Shown here piece by piece: positions 24,354-37,160 of a DNA stretch of 64,000 nucleotides. The translations under genes and the position numbers were made by a program. The notes below the pieces were generated by a model that was not told the DNA's origin, searched no databases, and worked only from the letters and a program-made list of their open reading frames with translations. Position 1 is the first letter of the stretch, and every line of letters begins with the position of its first letter. This DNA is from Mobula hypostoma (lineage: Eukaryota): NCBI RefSeq assembly GCF_963921235.1, contig NC_086097.1, forward strand, positions 242,546,001 to 242,610,000, written 5' to 3'.

Positions 24354-25676
24354 GACCATAAGACCATAAAACAAAGGAGAAGTAGGCCATTTGGCCCATT
24401 GAGTCTGCTCCGCCATTTTATCATGAGCTGATCCATTTTATCCTATTTAGTCCCACTGCCCCACCTTCTCACCATAACCTTTGATGCCCTGGCTACTCAG
24501 ATACCTATCAATCTCTGCCTTAAATACACCCAATGACTTGGCCTCCACTGCTGCCCGTGGCAACAAATTCCATAGATTCACCACCCTCTGACTAAAAAAT
24601 TTTTTTCGCATTTCTGTTCTGAAAGGCGCCCTTCAATCCTGAAGTCATGCCCTCTCGTACTAGACTCCCCCATCATGGGAAACAACTTTGCCACATCCAC
24701 TCTGTCCATGCCTTTTAACATTCGAAATGTTTCTATGAGGTCTCCCCTCATTCTTCTAAACTCCAAGGAATACAGTCCAAGAGCGGACAAACGTTCCTCA
24801 TATGTTAACCCTCTCATTCCCGGAATCATTCTAGTGAATCTTCTCTGTACCCCCTCCAACGTCAGCACATCCTTTCTTAAATAAGGAGACCAAAACTGCC
24901 CACAGTACTCCAAGTGAGGTCTCACCAGCGCCTTATAGAACCTCAACATAACATCCCTGCTCCTATACTCTATTCCTCTAGAAATGAATGCCAACATTGC
25001 ATTCGCCTTCTTCACTACCGACTCAACCTGGAGGTTAACTTTAAGGGAATCCTGTACGAGGACTCCCAAGTCCCGTTGCATCTCAGAACTTTGAATTCTT
25101 TCCCCATTTAAATAATAGTCTGCACGTTTATTTTTTCTGCCAAAGTGCATAACCATACACTTCCCAACATTGTACTTCATTTGCCACTTCTCTGCCCATT
25201 CTTCCAATCTATCCAAGTCCTTCTGCAGACTCTCTGTTTCCTCAGCACTACCGGCCCCTCCACCTATCTTCATATCGTCAGCAAACTTAGCCACAAAGCC
25301 CTGTATTCCATAATCCAAATCGTTGATGTACAATGTAAAAAGAAGTGGCCCCAACACTGATCCCTGTGGAACATCACTGGTAACCGGCAGCCAACCAGAA
25401 TAGGATCCCTTTATTCCCACTCTCTGTTTCCTGCCAATCAGCCAACGCTCTATCCACGTATGTAACTTTCCTGTAATTCCATGGGCTCTTATCTTGTTAA
25501 GTAGCCTCATGTGTGGCACCTTGTCAAAGGCTTTCTGAAAATCCAAATATACAACATCCACTGCATCTCCCTTGTCTAGCCTACTGGTAATTTCCTCAAA
25601 AAATTGTAATAGGTTTGTCAGGCAGGATTTTCTTTTAAGGAATCCATGCTGAGTTCTGCCTATCTTGTCATATGCC
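24354..25676 (-). mobile_element. Young 5'-truncated CR1 (subfamily C)
   Basis: 366-aa open RT fragment, 1-bp frameshift near 24625, (cttatggt)n tail. Confidence 0.93.
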
Positions 25677-26634
25677 AAATGACGTACTCCAAACCAGGCA
25701 ATATCCTTGTGAGTTTCCTCTACATTCTCTCCAGTGCAATCAAATCATAACTAAGCAAAGAAGCAATCCTTCACCATTACCCAATGTCTCTTATTAATAA
25801 GACAAATTTTTGTCAGATTAGCAATGGGCCCTTACTCTTTGGACCAGCCTTCCATGCGAGACCTTGTCAAAGGGCTTTTTAAAGTCCATGTAAATTACAT
25901 CAGCTGCAGAGGGCTTATAAATATATTCATTTGCCTCTCCAAAAATTAATACCCCCAACTTCCTCCCGACCTTCCCCAAGCATTTTCAGTGCTCTGTACC
26001 TACTGTTTGCTTTTTATTTTACCTACCATTAATAAATCTCTTGATGTCTCAACATGCAGTGTTGCCCAGACCTGTCATCTCTACTCATTGACCTTACAGG
26101 AACAAGTTGGCCCCGATATCTCACTATTTTACTTTTAAAAGACTTTCTCATATGTAGATTTACCTGCAAGTAGCTGCTCCCAGTCTACATTTGGCAATCC
26201 CAATGATTTTGAAATGAGGTGGGGTGGTTCTACTATAAATGATGTTTTAGCAGAGTTGTGAGAAGTGATCTTGGCTTGGAAAGTGTGGAATCAGCTTGGA
26301 TGGGAAAGAGATGAAAAGTATAAAACACGCTCTCTAATCCAGGTACCATCCTGCTAAATCAGATGGGGGCAGGGGAATGTATTTCATATAAGTTACGAAT
26401 GTAATATTCTCCATCTGCCAAATTACTTCAGCAGAATTTTTTTTTGGATTTCATACTTTATTTATACTGATTTGGTTTTAAATTCACGATCAACTGATTT
26501 GACCAATGTGGACACCAGATTTCCACACATTTCAACCAACTGTTCTCTGGTTTCGCAAAACTTTACTAAAGGAAACTAAGAAAGATACTGCAACCAAGAC
26601 AATCTTGTCTACAAAACTCTTCACAAGAACTCTT

Positions 26635-26800
26635 CTCCTACCCCTACCTTTATATCTCTGGTATTTTCACTCTTCCTTCTCAGTCCTGATGAAGGATCTC
26701 GGTCTGAAACAGCAACTGTTTATTCATTTCCATAGACACTGCCTGACCTCCAGCATTTTGTCTGTGGATTTCCAGTATCTGCAGAATTTCTCTTGTTTAA
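26635..26800 (+). repeat. Penelope-derived terminal repeat with hammerhead-like motif
   Basis: cagtc-ctgatga-aggatctcggtct-gaaac followed by the shared ctgcctgacc..tccagcattttg block; relatives at 28010-28245, 43690-43845, 55090-55228 and 58386-58500. Confidence 0.7.
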
Positions 26801-28604
26801 GATGACCAACAAGCTGCCTTCTAACAAATGTAAAGGATTGTTGAACTCCTTCCCTATATGAGAGGAAAGGTCTTCCCTCGCCTATCACTTATTATCCTTT
26901 CAAGGATGGTTCTGGCATCCCAGTAGTGTTCTTACAATTACTTCTCAGCCTAGCCCTATTGATTAAATCACCCAGAGCAAGCTGAGGCTTGTTAGTTTTG
27001 GCATTGGCATAGTTCAGTTTCAAAAGCCGCCTGCCTCTTTTTTTGCACGTGAAGTAGGAGAAGCAAATACTTGCTTGGCAGACAATCAGATTAATGAGTT
27101 GGCTTCCACACAATATATGGCATGATATAATTTATTTTGTCATGCTTGCATTGTAACTAAGCAATTGCTGAGAAGCCCAGTCAAAAAGGAAAAGCTAGTT
27201 TTGAGATTGTTGGTGAAAGAGAAATTAGAGTTAATATGAATGTTATATTGATTGGATCATTCACGATGACAGGGACTGTTTAAATTACTTGAATCCTTCC
27301 TCTTCCACTGATGGTGATGACAGTCTTTCTCTTGAGATGTAGCAGACCATTATGAATATTGACACAAGTCTCCTTCCAATGTGATGCAGGCAGAATTATT
27401 CTAGCATACATCAATGATCATCTTTAACACATTTTACATCACTGCATGAACTTCAATGCTGCTCTTGTGAGAGTTAGTCTGTGAGACATCAGCTATATTG
27501 TCAATGAATAGCACTTGGCATGTACTCTTTTTGGTTTGTGGTGACTCAAATGCAGCTGACATAGATTAACACAGAAGGCTGCTTCAATAGCAAGGCTAAT
27601 AATTAGGGTCTAGGCGCCACCTTAATTCCTGTGCTCCCTGTTCAAACAGATTGGAAATGTTTTCACTGAGGGACAACCAGGGAAAGAAATAAGACCAACT
27701 AGAATAAATCAGCCGAACATTTAGAATCCTTCCTCAATGATATGCAAGGAAAATAACTCTAATTGGAACCCCATGCAAGAAACTCACCTCACCCCCGGTC
27801 CAAGTGTTGATTCACATTCTTGGATATCAACTCACTGACGTAGGGAATGTCAGCAAAAACCTTAATCGCTATTCCAAATAAGCAAACTACAAACCTCCAA
27901 CAATTTGTGGCCTAGTACCATATTACAACATTAAGCACACTGAATTATCTTCAGATTTAGATTGTTTTGGATCACACCTACATGGAAGTGTACAGTGAAA
28001 TGGATACTTGCTCTTTACTTCACCCCTTACCCCCTCACAGTTTCACCTATCACCTTGTGCTTCTTCCTCCCCTCCCCCCCACCTTCTAACTCTGACTCCT
28101 CATCTTTTCTCCCCCACCCCCCCAGTCCCCCCCAGTCTTGGCCTGAAATGTTGACGACACTCTTTTCCATGGATGCTGCCTGTCTTGCTGGGTTCCTCCA
28201 GCATTTTTAGTGTTGTTTGGATGTCCAGCATCTGCAGATTTTGTCATTAAAAATGGGTCTTTGCGTTAACTATCAACCGATCCAAGGCTGTTTTGGGGGC
28301 TGGCCCATAAGTGTCACCACACGTTCTGGCGCCAGCATAGGATGTCCATAATGTTCAACACAAGCAGCAACAATAAGTCTCCTTCCTATCCCTTACTCAC
28401 ACAGGCCCATGACCCCAGGACAGGCTGCCTCTGGGCCTCCAGTTCTTGGCCCCAGGCTCTCAAACTTGCAGATATCAGGACTCAAACCTCCAGTCCTAAC
28501 TCAGGTAACATGGCATTGGCCACGAAAAATTTTTCCTTGTACTTTTCTGCTCCCTCTATGTTGACAAATTGGAAACTCACTTTTCCCATCATAAAATTCA
28601 AATC

Positions 28605-29397
28605 ACATATTTGACTGGAAAAATGGTAGATGGAATTTGATGCAGACAAGTGCGAGGTTTTAGACTTCAGTAGATCCAATCAGGGTAGACCTTACAAAGT
28701 GAACGGTAGGGCACTGAGAAGTGGGTACATAGTTCGTTGAAAGTGGCGTTACAGGTAGATAGGGTTGTAAAGAAAGCTCTGGCCTTCACAAATCAATGTA
28801 CTGAGTACAGAATGGGATGTTATGTTGAAGTTGTACAAGATGATGGTGAGGCCAATTTGGAGTACTGTGTGCAGTTTTGGTCACCTACCTACAGGAAAGA
28901 TGTAAACAAGATTGAAAGAGTGCAGAGAAAATTTACATGGATGCTGCTGGTTCTGAAGCACCCGAATCATAAGGAAAGACTGAATAGGTTAGGACTGTAT
29001 TCTTTAAAACTTAGAAGACTGAGGAGATTAGGTAGAGATATACAAAATTATGAGGGCTATAGATAGGGTAAATGGAAGCAGGCTTTTTCTACTGAGGTTG
29101 GGTGGGACTACAACCAGAGGTTACAGCTTAAGGATGAAAGGTGAGAAGTTTAAGGGGAACATGATGGGAAACTTCTTCACTCAGAGGGTTGTGAGAGTGT
29201 GGAATGAACTGCCAGCACAATGGCCCACACGAGCTCAATTTCAACACTTAAGAGAAGTTTGGATAGGTACATAGATTGTAGGGATTTTGAGGGCTATAGT
29301 CTGGTACAGGTAGTTGGGAGTAGGCAGTTTACAATTGTTTTGGCATGGACTAGATGGGCCGAAGGGCCTGTTTTTTGTGCTCTACTTCTCTATAACT
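28605..29397 (+). mobile_element. Older CR1 3' fragment
   Basis: LEYCVQFWSPTYRKD and FFTQRVVRVWNELP peptides with frameshifts; gggccgaagggcctgt 3' UTR. Confidence 0.85.
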
Positions 29398-31013
29398 TCA
29401 TATGGGAATATTTCAATAATAACAAGGTGAAAGCAATTGTCAGTTTGCGCTATTTGCACCATCTAAAACGTGCTGAATGCAAAGCAACCTGGAATCTTGC
29501 ATTCCAGTAGGTGAAGGAAGATGACTCGCATTATCCCTGTTTCATGACAGTGTTCTACACCTCCACCACTCCTAACCTCAACCAGTCCTATCCACAATGG
29601 CCTTGAGTTGTCATCACTACACTCAAAACCAAAACCGTGCTGTGCTGGAAACTGCTGAACGGTGACTGAAATTTATAGCATATACATAGGCACTGCTATT
29701 AACTAAATTAATGAAAATTGCAGCCACTTCACTCCACTTTCTAAACAGTCAGTCATCAAATTTGTATGTCAGAGTTTCAGAGAAACATCTTTGGCCTTTG
29801 CTGGAAAGTGACTGTGTGTACACAATACCCTCACCAAAACTGCATCTAGAAGATTGATCCCTTCACATGTGTCTGCACCATGGACACATTTTTGGAATAT
29901 TAAGAACATTATTTGCACCCGAAAAAAAAATCCCCATTGAAGGGATAGGAGGAGTGATATTCTTAAAGGGTTGACTATTTGCCCAAAAATTGTTTCTAGA
30001 ACTGTGGAGTGATTTAAAAAAAAAATAACTTGCATGATTAGAGAAGATTACAAGGTACCATTTCTTTTATCTTTAATGATGAAGAGGACAATAGACATTT
30101 GTTTTCCCAAATAACTTCAAGTAATTAATATTCCATGGTTAATTGATCAGAATTGCAATGCTTTGGGAACTCTCCTCTCTTCTTCCTTGCCCTCAAGTTA
30201 ATTCCATTAAGAATCCTGGTTTTCCATTCCTTAGCTCTCTATTTCATAACAAATGTATAAGCCACATTACATTAAGTTTCAGGATCTCCCTTTATCTTAA
30301 TGGTTGCTTCACTCTCAATGCTTCCAGGTGCTGCAAGAATTTCCTTGCCCCATAACTAACCTCAACTCTTCACATCAGCCTCATTTACAGAGCCATATAC
30401 ATGGATACCCTTCCTTGTACCAGAAACGCAGTCCCTTTTATCCATTCATCAAAACTTTCTTTTAAATAAAAGAGAACTGCATGCAAATCTCCATCCATAA
30501 TCCACTAGTAATAAAGAGCTTGAATTTTGGGGAAAATTAACAGTATAAACACTAATTAATATAGACAACCTTAGGATTATGATTAGGTTCAGGAACAGTT
30601 ACTACTCTTGAACCAGAGGGGATAACTTAACTCACCCCCATCACTGAACCACAACTTATGAACTCACTTTCATGGTCTTTTTCATCTCATGTTCTTGTTA
30701 TTTATTATTATTAGTCTTTTTTAAAGCTTTCTTTTTGAATCTGCATAGTTTGTGGTCTTTTACACATTAACTAACAATAACTTCATTTAAGATCTTGTGT
30801 TTTTCGATGCAGTAACAATCAGGAGCAGAAATCCTAATAACTTGCTCCCTCCTTAATCCACATGAACAGAATAATTGTGGCAGGACTTCATTCTGCTCAT
30901 TGGATGAAATCAATTTAATTGTCAGGAAGAGGATTCAAGTGAACCTCGCAAAGCAGACAATGCATTTGCAAATGTAATTGACAGGTAGCCTGACCAGCAT
31001 TAAATGTACTCAC

Positions 31014-31103
31014 CTCTGTAGTAGAAAGAACAGTATCCTCATCGAGGCTAAGAACGGCATGTGTATGGATAGCATCATATGGAAGAAAACGGCTGCTCAT
31101 AAC
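31014..31103 (-). CDS. EXT1: Exostosin-1 exon 8 (90 nt, DXD motif DED)
   Basis: [30 protein letters not shown]; cag acceptor, gtgagt donor. Confidence 0.97.
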
Positions 31104-31184
31104 CTGTACAGGGTCCAGAGAAACAAAACATAACCAACTGTGTATCGGAAAGGAGGGAAATGCAAGACAAAATGTCGCTTTTTC

Positions 31185-31368
31185 CACCACGCCATCAGAC
31201 TGATTAATTCACACTGATACAATTGTATTTCTATGCTATATTGACTGTCCTATTTTACATACTACTTATTACAAATTACTATAAATTGCACATTGCACAT
31301 TTAGTTAGAGACGTAATGTAAAGATTTTTATTTATGTGAAGGATGTAAGAAATAGTTAATTCAATTCA
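31185..31368 (+). repeat. LINE 3' tail fragment, Rex1/L2-like
   Basis: ccatcagactgattaa ORF end, AT-rich UTR and (aattc)n tail. Confidence 0.45.
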
Positions 31369-31564
31369 CTTCTAAAAAGGACTTTTAACTCTTCCTATAT
31401 GATGTGCATTTGATAATGTCACCGCTGAAACAATCAGCGCTATATGACACCAATAGTCCCAACTTAAACATAGCTGAGTGTTCTTCCTATGCACAAGCTT
31501 ATATCCTGCAGAAAGACATTGTAAGTCATTGTCAAAATATTCTAAGCATGAGATACCATGTAGC

Positions 31565-31820
31565 ATGCACAATACGCTGGAGGAACTCAGCAGGTCGGGC
31601 AGCATCCGTGGAAATGAACAGTCAACGTTTTGGGCCGGAACCTTCGTCAGAACTGAAGAGGGAAGGGGCAAAGGCCCTATAAAGAAGGTGGGTGGTGGGT
31701 GGGAAGGAGAAGGCTGGTAGGTGCCAGGTGAAAAACCAGTAAGGGGAAAGATCAAGGGGTGGGGGAGGGGAAGCAGGGAGGGAACAGGCAGGAAAGGTGA
31801 AGGAGGAATAGGGAAAAGAT
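31565..31820 (-). repeat. Penelope-derived terminal repeat with near-intact hammerhead motif (31619-31655)
   Basis: Minus strand reads CAGTT CTGACGA AGGTTCCGGCCC AAAA CG TT GACTG. Confidence 0.75.
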
Positions 31821-32088
31821 ACCATGCAAAATCATTTGATTTAGTTACAAAACGTTAACATTTACAGTGTTAACAAAGGCATAGAATTTCCTAAGGATTT
31901 GACATTTACATTGCAAGACACAATTTCCTCCATTTTTCCTCTTAATTTTGTTCCAGGGACTTTAAAGCACTGGCCTTGAAAATGGATGTGGCAGTAACTG
32001 GTGCTAGGTTGCTTTTGATACAGGTAGTGCTTCTTAAACAAAGGTTTTTTGTTAAAAAAAATGCTTAGAATAAAAAATTAACCTTTAA

Positions 32089-32417
32089 TCCAAAGATGTC
32101 AGTTAGTAGGTAATTGGTCACACGAGTGTAACTGGGTGACGTGAGTTCATGGACCGATGGGCCTGCTACTGTGGAGTATCTCGAAATAAGAATGGAGCAC
32201 GGTATCAAGCCTTTCTGATCCAACGTGCCCACACTGATCAATTACTCTCTTATGACCAATTAACCTTCCTATCCGTACGTCGTTGTAACGTGAGAAAAAC
32301 TGGAGCACCTGTAGGAAACCCACGCAGTTACGGGGCAAACATACAGCGGCGGAATTGAACTTGGATTGCCGGCTCTATAATGGCGTTACACTAACCACTG
32401 TGATACTGTCCTGCCCC
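32089..32417. mobile_element. Two SINEs tail to tail (+ 3' half, - near full length)
   Basis: taattggtca motif at about 32111 mirrored by tgaccaatta at about 32253; the minus copy has a head and V-like domain. Confidence 0.6.
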
Positions 32418-32539
32418 GAGGCTTTCAACACTGGCTGGGAAGCATTGTGTACTTTCTCATCTGGTAGAACTCAAACGCCGTGCCTCAAGAAGCAGAACAG
32501 CTCAGGAGTGGTCCAAGTCAGACCTACAAATATCAAATG

Positions 32540-33772
32540 TAAAGAGGCAAGATCCTTAACAGTGTTGATGTGCTGAGAGATCCTGGGGTCCGAGTTGAGA
32601 GCTCCCCGATAGTGCCAACACAGGTTGATAGGGTGGTTAAAAAGACATATGGCATGCTTGGCTTTATTAGTCAAGGCATTGTGTTCAAAAGTCAGGAAAT
32701 TATGTTCTGGCTTTATAAAATTCTCGCTAGGCTGCATCTGAAGTATTTCGTACAGATCTTGTTGCCTAATATACAAAGGATGTTCAGCCTTTGGAGAGGG
32801 TGCAGAAGAGTTTTACCAGGATAGTCATAGTCATACTTTATTGATCCCGGGGGAAATTGGTTTTCGTTACAGTTGCACCATAAATAATAAATAGTAATAG
32901 AACCTAAATAGTTAAATAGTAATATGTAAATTATGCCAGTAAATTATGAAATAAGTCCAGGACCAGCCTATTGTCTCAGGGTGTCTGACCCCACAAGGGA
33001 GGAGTTGTAAAGTTTGATGGCCACAGGCAGGAATGACTTCCTATGACGCTCTGTGCTGCATCTCGGTGGAATGAGTCTCTGGCTGAATGAACTCCTGTGC
33101 CCAACCAGTACATTATGTAGTGGATGGGAGACATTGTCCAAGATGGCATGCAACTTGGACAGCATCCTCTTTTCAGACACCACCGTGAGAGAGTCCAGTT
33201 CCATCCCCACAACATCACTGGCCTTACGGATGAGTTTGTTGATTCTGTTGGTGTCTGCTACCTTCAGTCTGCTGCCCCAGCACACAACAGCAAACATGAT
33301 AGCACTGGATTAGAGGGCATGTGCTATAATGAGAGGGTGGACAAATGTGGATTGCTTTCTTTAGAGCAGCAGAGGCTGAAGGGAAATCTGATAGACGTTT
33401 ATAAGATTATGAAAGGCATAGACAGAGTAGACAGAACCTTTTTCCCAGGGTTGAAATGTCTAATACCACAGAGCATGTACTTAAGGTGAGAGGGGGCAAT
33501 TTTAAAGAAGATGTGAGGGGCAAGTTTTTTAAAATATATAAACACAGAGTCCTGGGTGCCTGGAATGTGCTGTCTGGGGTAGTGGTAAAGGCAGGTACAT
33601 TAGCCAATTTTAAGAGACATTTAGCTAGGCACATGAATGTGAGGGACTGACATGGACATTGTGTAGGCAGAAGGAATAAGTTTAGTTGGCCACTTGATTA
33701 CTAAATTAATTGGTTTGGCACAAGACTGCAGGCTGAAGGGCCTGTTTCTGTACTGAACTGTTCAATGTTCAA
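32540..33772 (+). mobile_element. Older CR1 3' fragment interrupted by Rex1
   Basis: QVDRVVKKTYGMLGFISQG..LYKILARLHL before, and LEGMCYNERVDKCGLLSLE after, the insertion. Confidence 0.85.
32823..33308 (-). mobile_element. Young Rex1/Babar-type LINE 3' fragment
   Basis: Open 109-aa C-terminal ORF (INKLIRKAS..SHPLH..KSFLPVAIKLYN) and aataaag(tatgac)n tail. Confidence 0.82.
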
Positions 33773-34865
33773 TTAATAAAGCTCTTGTGTAAGCTACAAT
33801 ACTCATGTTTCCTAAGATATAATTGTTGGCATAGAAAAGAATCTGCAATAAATATGGCCTTGTCTTTTCTGCTCTCACTGAAAAAAACAAAATTTTAAAT
33901 TAATAGAATATTACAAACTGAGCTTTGAGCATTATAAGTACCAGATCCATGAAGTATTCCTCTTCTGTTCATTCAAGACCTCTTGAAAAAAAAGCACTTA
34001 TTCATGTAAAATTAAGTGCCAGGGCATGTAAACAAATACACACTTTTGCAGGACTTTTAAGCATGAGCAACCAACCTTATCAAATTCATTCAGTTATGTC
34101 CTCAGAACACTGTTCTATGTTCTATCATATGACAAATTTTATATGATACTTAAAGAATCAATGTCTCCCCTATTGTACAAGATGTCATATAGTCTGGAGG
34201 AACATCTTATCTTGTGGAAAAGATGAGCTGGAATTGGAAGGTCACCGCTGACACTCCAGCAAGAATAAAGCTAAAAATACCCTAAACTCCTGATCTTAAT
34301 CCACGTTGCACACTGGCAAGCCTGCCAGTTATCTTCATAAATACAAGCCCATCGAGCCATCATGTTTCTCTCCTTTCAGACAATCAAGAGCTTGAAGAGT
34401 GAAAAGAATAAGCTGATGTAATTTAACACAATGAACCTCCAGCTCAGCTAATATTCTCTGTTGCTGGCAATGCGAACATCGACTGATCATCCCTAATTTC
34501 ATCTCATCTGAGGCAGCAGTTGGGAATTAGTGCGTCTGGAGCACAAACAGGTAAGGATGGCCAATTTCTTCGCGTGAAACACTGACTGAACCAGATGGGT
34601 TTTTACAATGATCTCAGTTTCATGCTTACATTTGCTCCTGGGACTTCACATCTCATGAATCTGATTTGAGATTTTCTGAGGAAGTGATGAAGAAGGTTGA
34701 CTAGGGCAGGACAGTGGGTGGTGTCTACATGAAGCAAATGAAAAGATGGAGAAGTTCAGCAGATCAGGCAGCATCGCAGATGGAAATGGGACAATTAATG
34801 CTTTGGGGTGAGACTCTTCATTTGCCTACGTGGACTTTAGCAAGGCTTGAATGGTAGTCTGAAAA

Positions 34866-35500
34866 GACCATAAGACAAAGGAGCAGAAGTAGGCCATTCG
34901 GCCCATTGAGTCTGCTCTGCCATTTTATCATGAGCTGATCCATTTTATCCTATTTAGTCCCACTGCCCCGCCTTCTCACCATAACCTTTGATGCCCTGGC
35001 TACTCAGATACCTAACAATCTCTGCCTTAAATACACCCAATGACTTGGCCTCCACTGCTGCCCATGGCAACAAATTCCATAGATTCACCACCCTCTGACT
35101 AAAAAAATTTCTTCGCATTTCTGTTCTGAAAGGGTGCCCTTCAATCCTGAAGTCATGCCCTCTCGTACTAGACTCCCCCATCATGGGAAACGACTTTGCC
35201 ACATCCACTCTGTCCATGCCTTTTAACATTCAAAATGTTTCTATGAGGTCTCCCCTCATTCTTCTAAACTCCAAGGAATACAGTCCAAGAGCGGACAAAC
35301 GTTCCTCATATGTTAACGCTCCTGGAATCATTCTAGTGAATCTTCTCCGTACCCTCTCCAACGTCAGCACATCCTTTCTTAAATAAGGAGACCAAAACTG
35401 CCCACAGTACTCCAAGTGAGGTCTCACCGGCGCCTTACACAGCCTCAACATCACATCCCTGCTGCTATACTCTATTCCTCTAGAAATGAATGCCAACATT
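34866..35500 (-). mobile_element. Young CR1 subfamily C, nested in an older + strand CR1 (about 34650-35830)
   Basis: Near-identical to 24362-25000; the host RT sequence resumes at gttagatcataaaggattcagggtga. Confidence 0.9.
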
Positions 35501-35835
35501 GTTAGATCATAAAGGATTCAGGGTGAACTAGCAAATTGGCTTAGTAGATGGTGGTGGTAGCAGAGAGTTGTCACTTAGATTCGAAGCCTGTGATCATTGC
35601 TGTGCCACAGGGATTGTCACATATTAACAATTGGATAAGTTTGGAGATGACAACAAAATTGGTGGTATAGTGGACAGTATCAGCTAAGATCACAACAGAT
35701 CTGGGACAACTGAGGAAAATGACAGATGGATTGAACTCTGACAGGTGCAAGGTATTGCATGCTGGGTAATTAAATGGAGGCAAAATGTGCACAGTAAATG
35801 GTAGGACCATGGAGAGTACTGTACATCGAATATTG

Positions 35836-37160
35836 AACATAGAAATCTACAGCACATTACAGGCCCTTCGGCCCACAATATTGTGCCAACGACGTAATCT
35901 CCTCTAGAAACTGCCTAGAATTTCCTTACCACATAGCCCTCTATTTTTCTAAGCTCCATGTACCTATCTAAGAGTCTTTTAAAAGACCCTATTGTAGCCG
36001 TCTCTACCACCGTTGCTGGCAGTGCATTCCATGCACACACCACTCTGTGAAAAACTTACCTCTGACATTCCCCCCTGTACCTACTTCCAAGCATCTTATA
36101 ACTATGCCCCTTGTGTTATCCATTTCAGCCCTGGGAAAAAGCCTCTGGCCATCCACATGATCATCTTATACACCTCTCATCGTCTGTCACTTCAAGAAGA
36201 AAAGGACAAGTTCACTCAACTTATTCTCATAAGGCATGCTCTCCAATCCATGCAACATTCTTGTAAATCTCCTCTGCACTCTTTCTATACTATCCACATC
36301 CTTCCTGTAGTGTGGTGACCAGAGCTGAACACAGTACTCCAAGTGGGGTCTAACTAAGGTCTTATATAACTGTAAAATTACCTCAAGGCCCTTGAACCCA
36401 ATCCGATGGTTGACGAATGCCAACACACCATACACCTTCTTAACAACACTGTCGACCTGCGCAGCAGCTTTGAGTGTCCTAAAGACACGGACCCCAAGAT
36501 CTCTCTGATCCTCCACACTGCCAAGAGCCTTACCATTAATACTATATTCTGTCTTCAAATTTGACCTACCAAAATGAACCACCTCACACTTATCTAGATT
36601 GAACTCCATCTGCCACTTCTCAGCTCAGTTTTGCATCCTATCAATGTCCCACTGTAACCTCTGACAGCCCTCCACACTATCCACAACAACCCCAACCTTT
36701 GTGTCATCAGCAAATTTACTAACTCATCCCTCCACTTCCTCATCCAGATCATTTATATATAAAAAAAAATCACAAAAAGGAGGAGTCCTAGAACAGATCC
36801 CTGCGGAACACCACTGTTCACCAACCTCCATGAAGAATATGAACCATCTACAACCACCCTTTGCCTTCATTGGGCAAGCCAATTCTGGACCCACAAAGCA
36901 AAGTCCCCTTGGATCACATGCCTCCTTACTTTCTCAATAAGCCTTGTATGGAGAACCTTATCAAATGCCTTACTGAAATCCATATAAACTACATCCATTG
37001 CTCTACCTTCAATGTGTTTTGTTACATCCTCAAATAATTAAATTCAGTTCATAAGGCATGGCCTGCCCTTGACAAAGTCATGTTGACTATCCCGAATCAG
37101 ATTATGTCTCCCCAAATGCTCATAAATCCTGCCTTTCAGGATCTTCTCCAACTTAAGTAA
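35836..37160 (-). mobile_element. CR1 RT and 3' UTR fragment
   Basis: MEFNLDKCEVVHFG..LYKTLVRPHLEYCVQLWSP. Confidence 0.88.
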
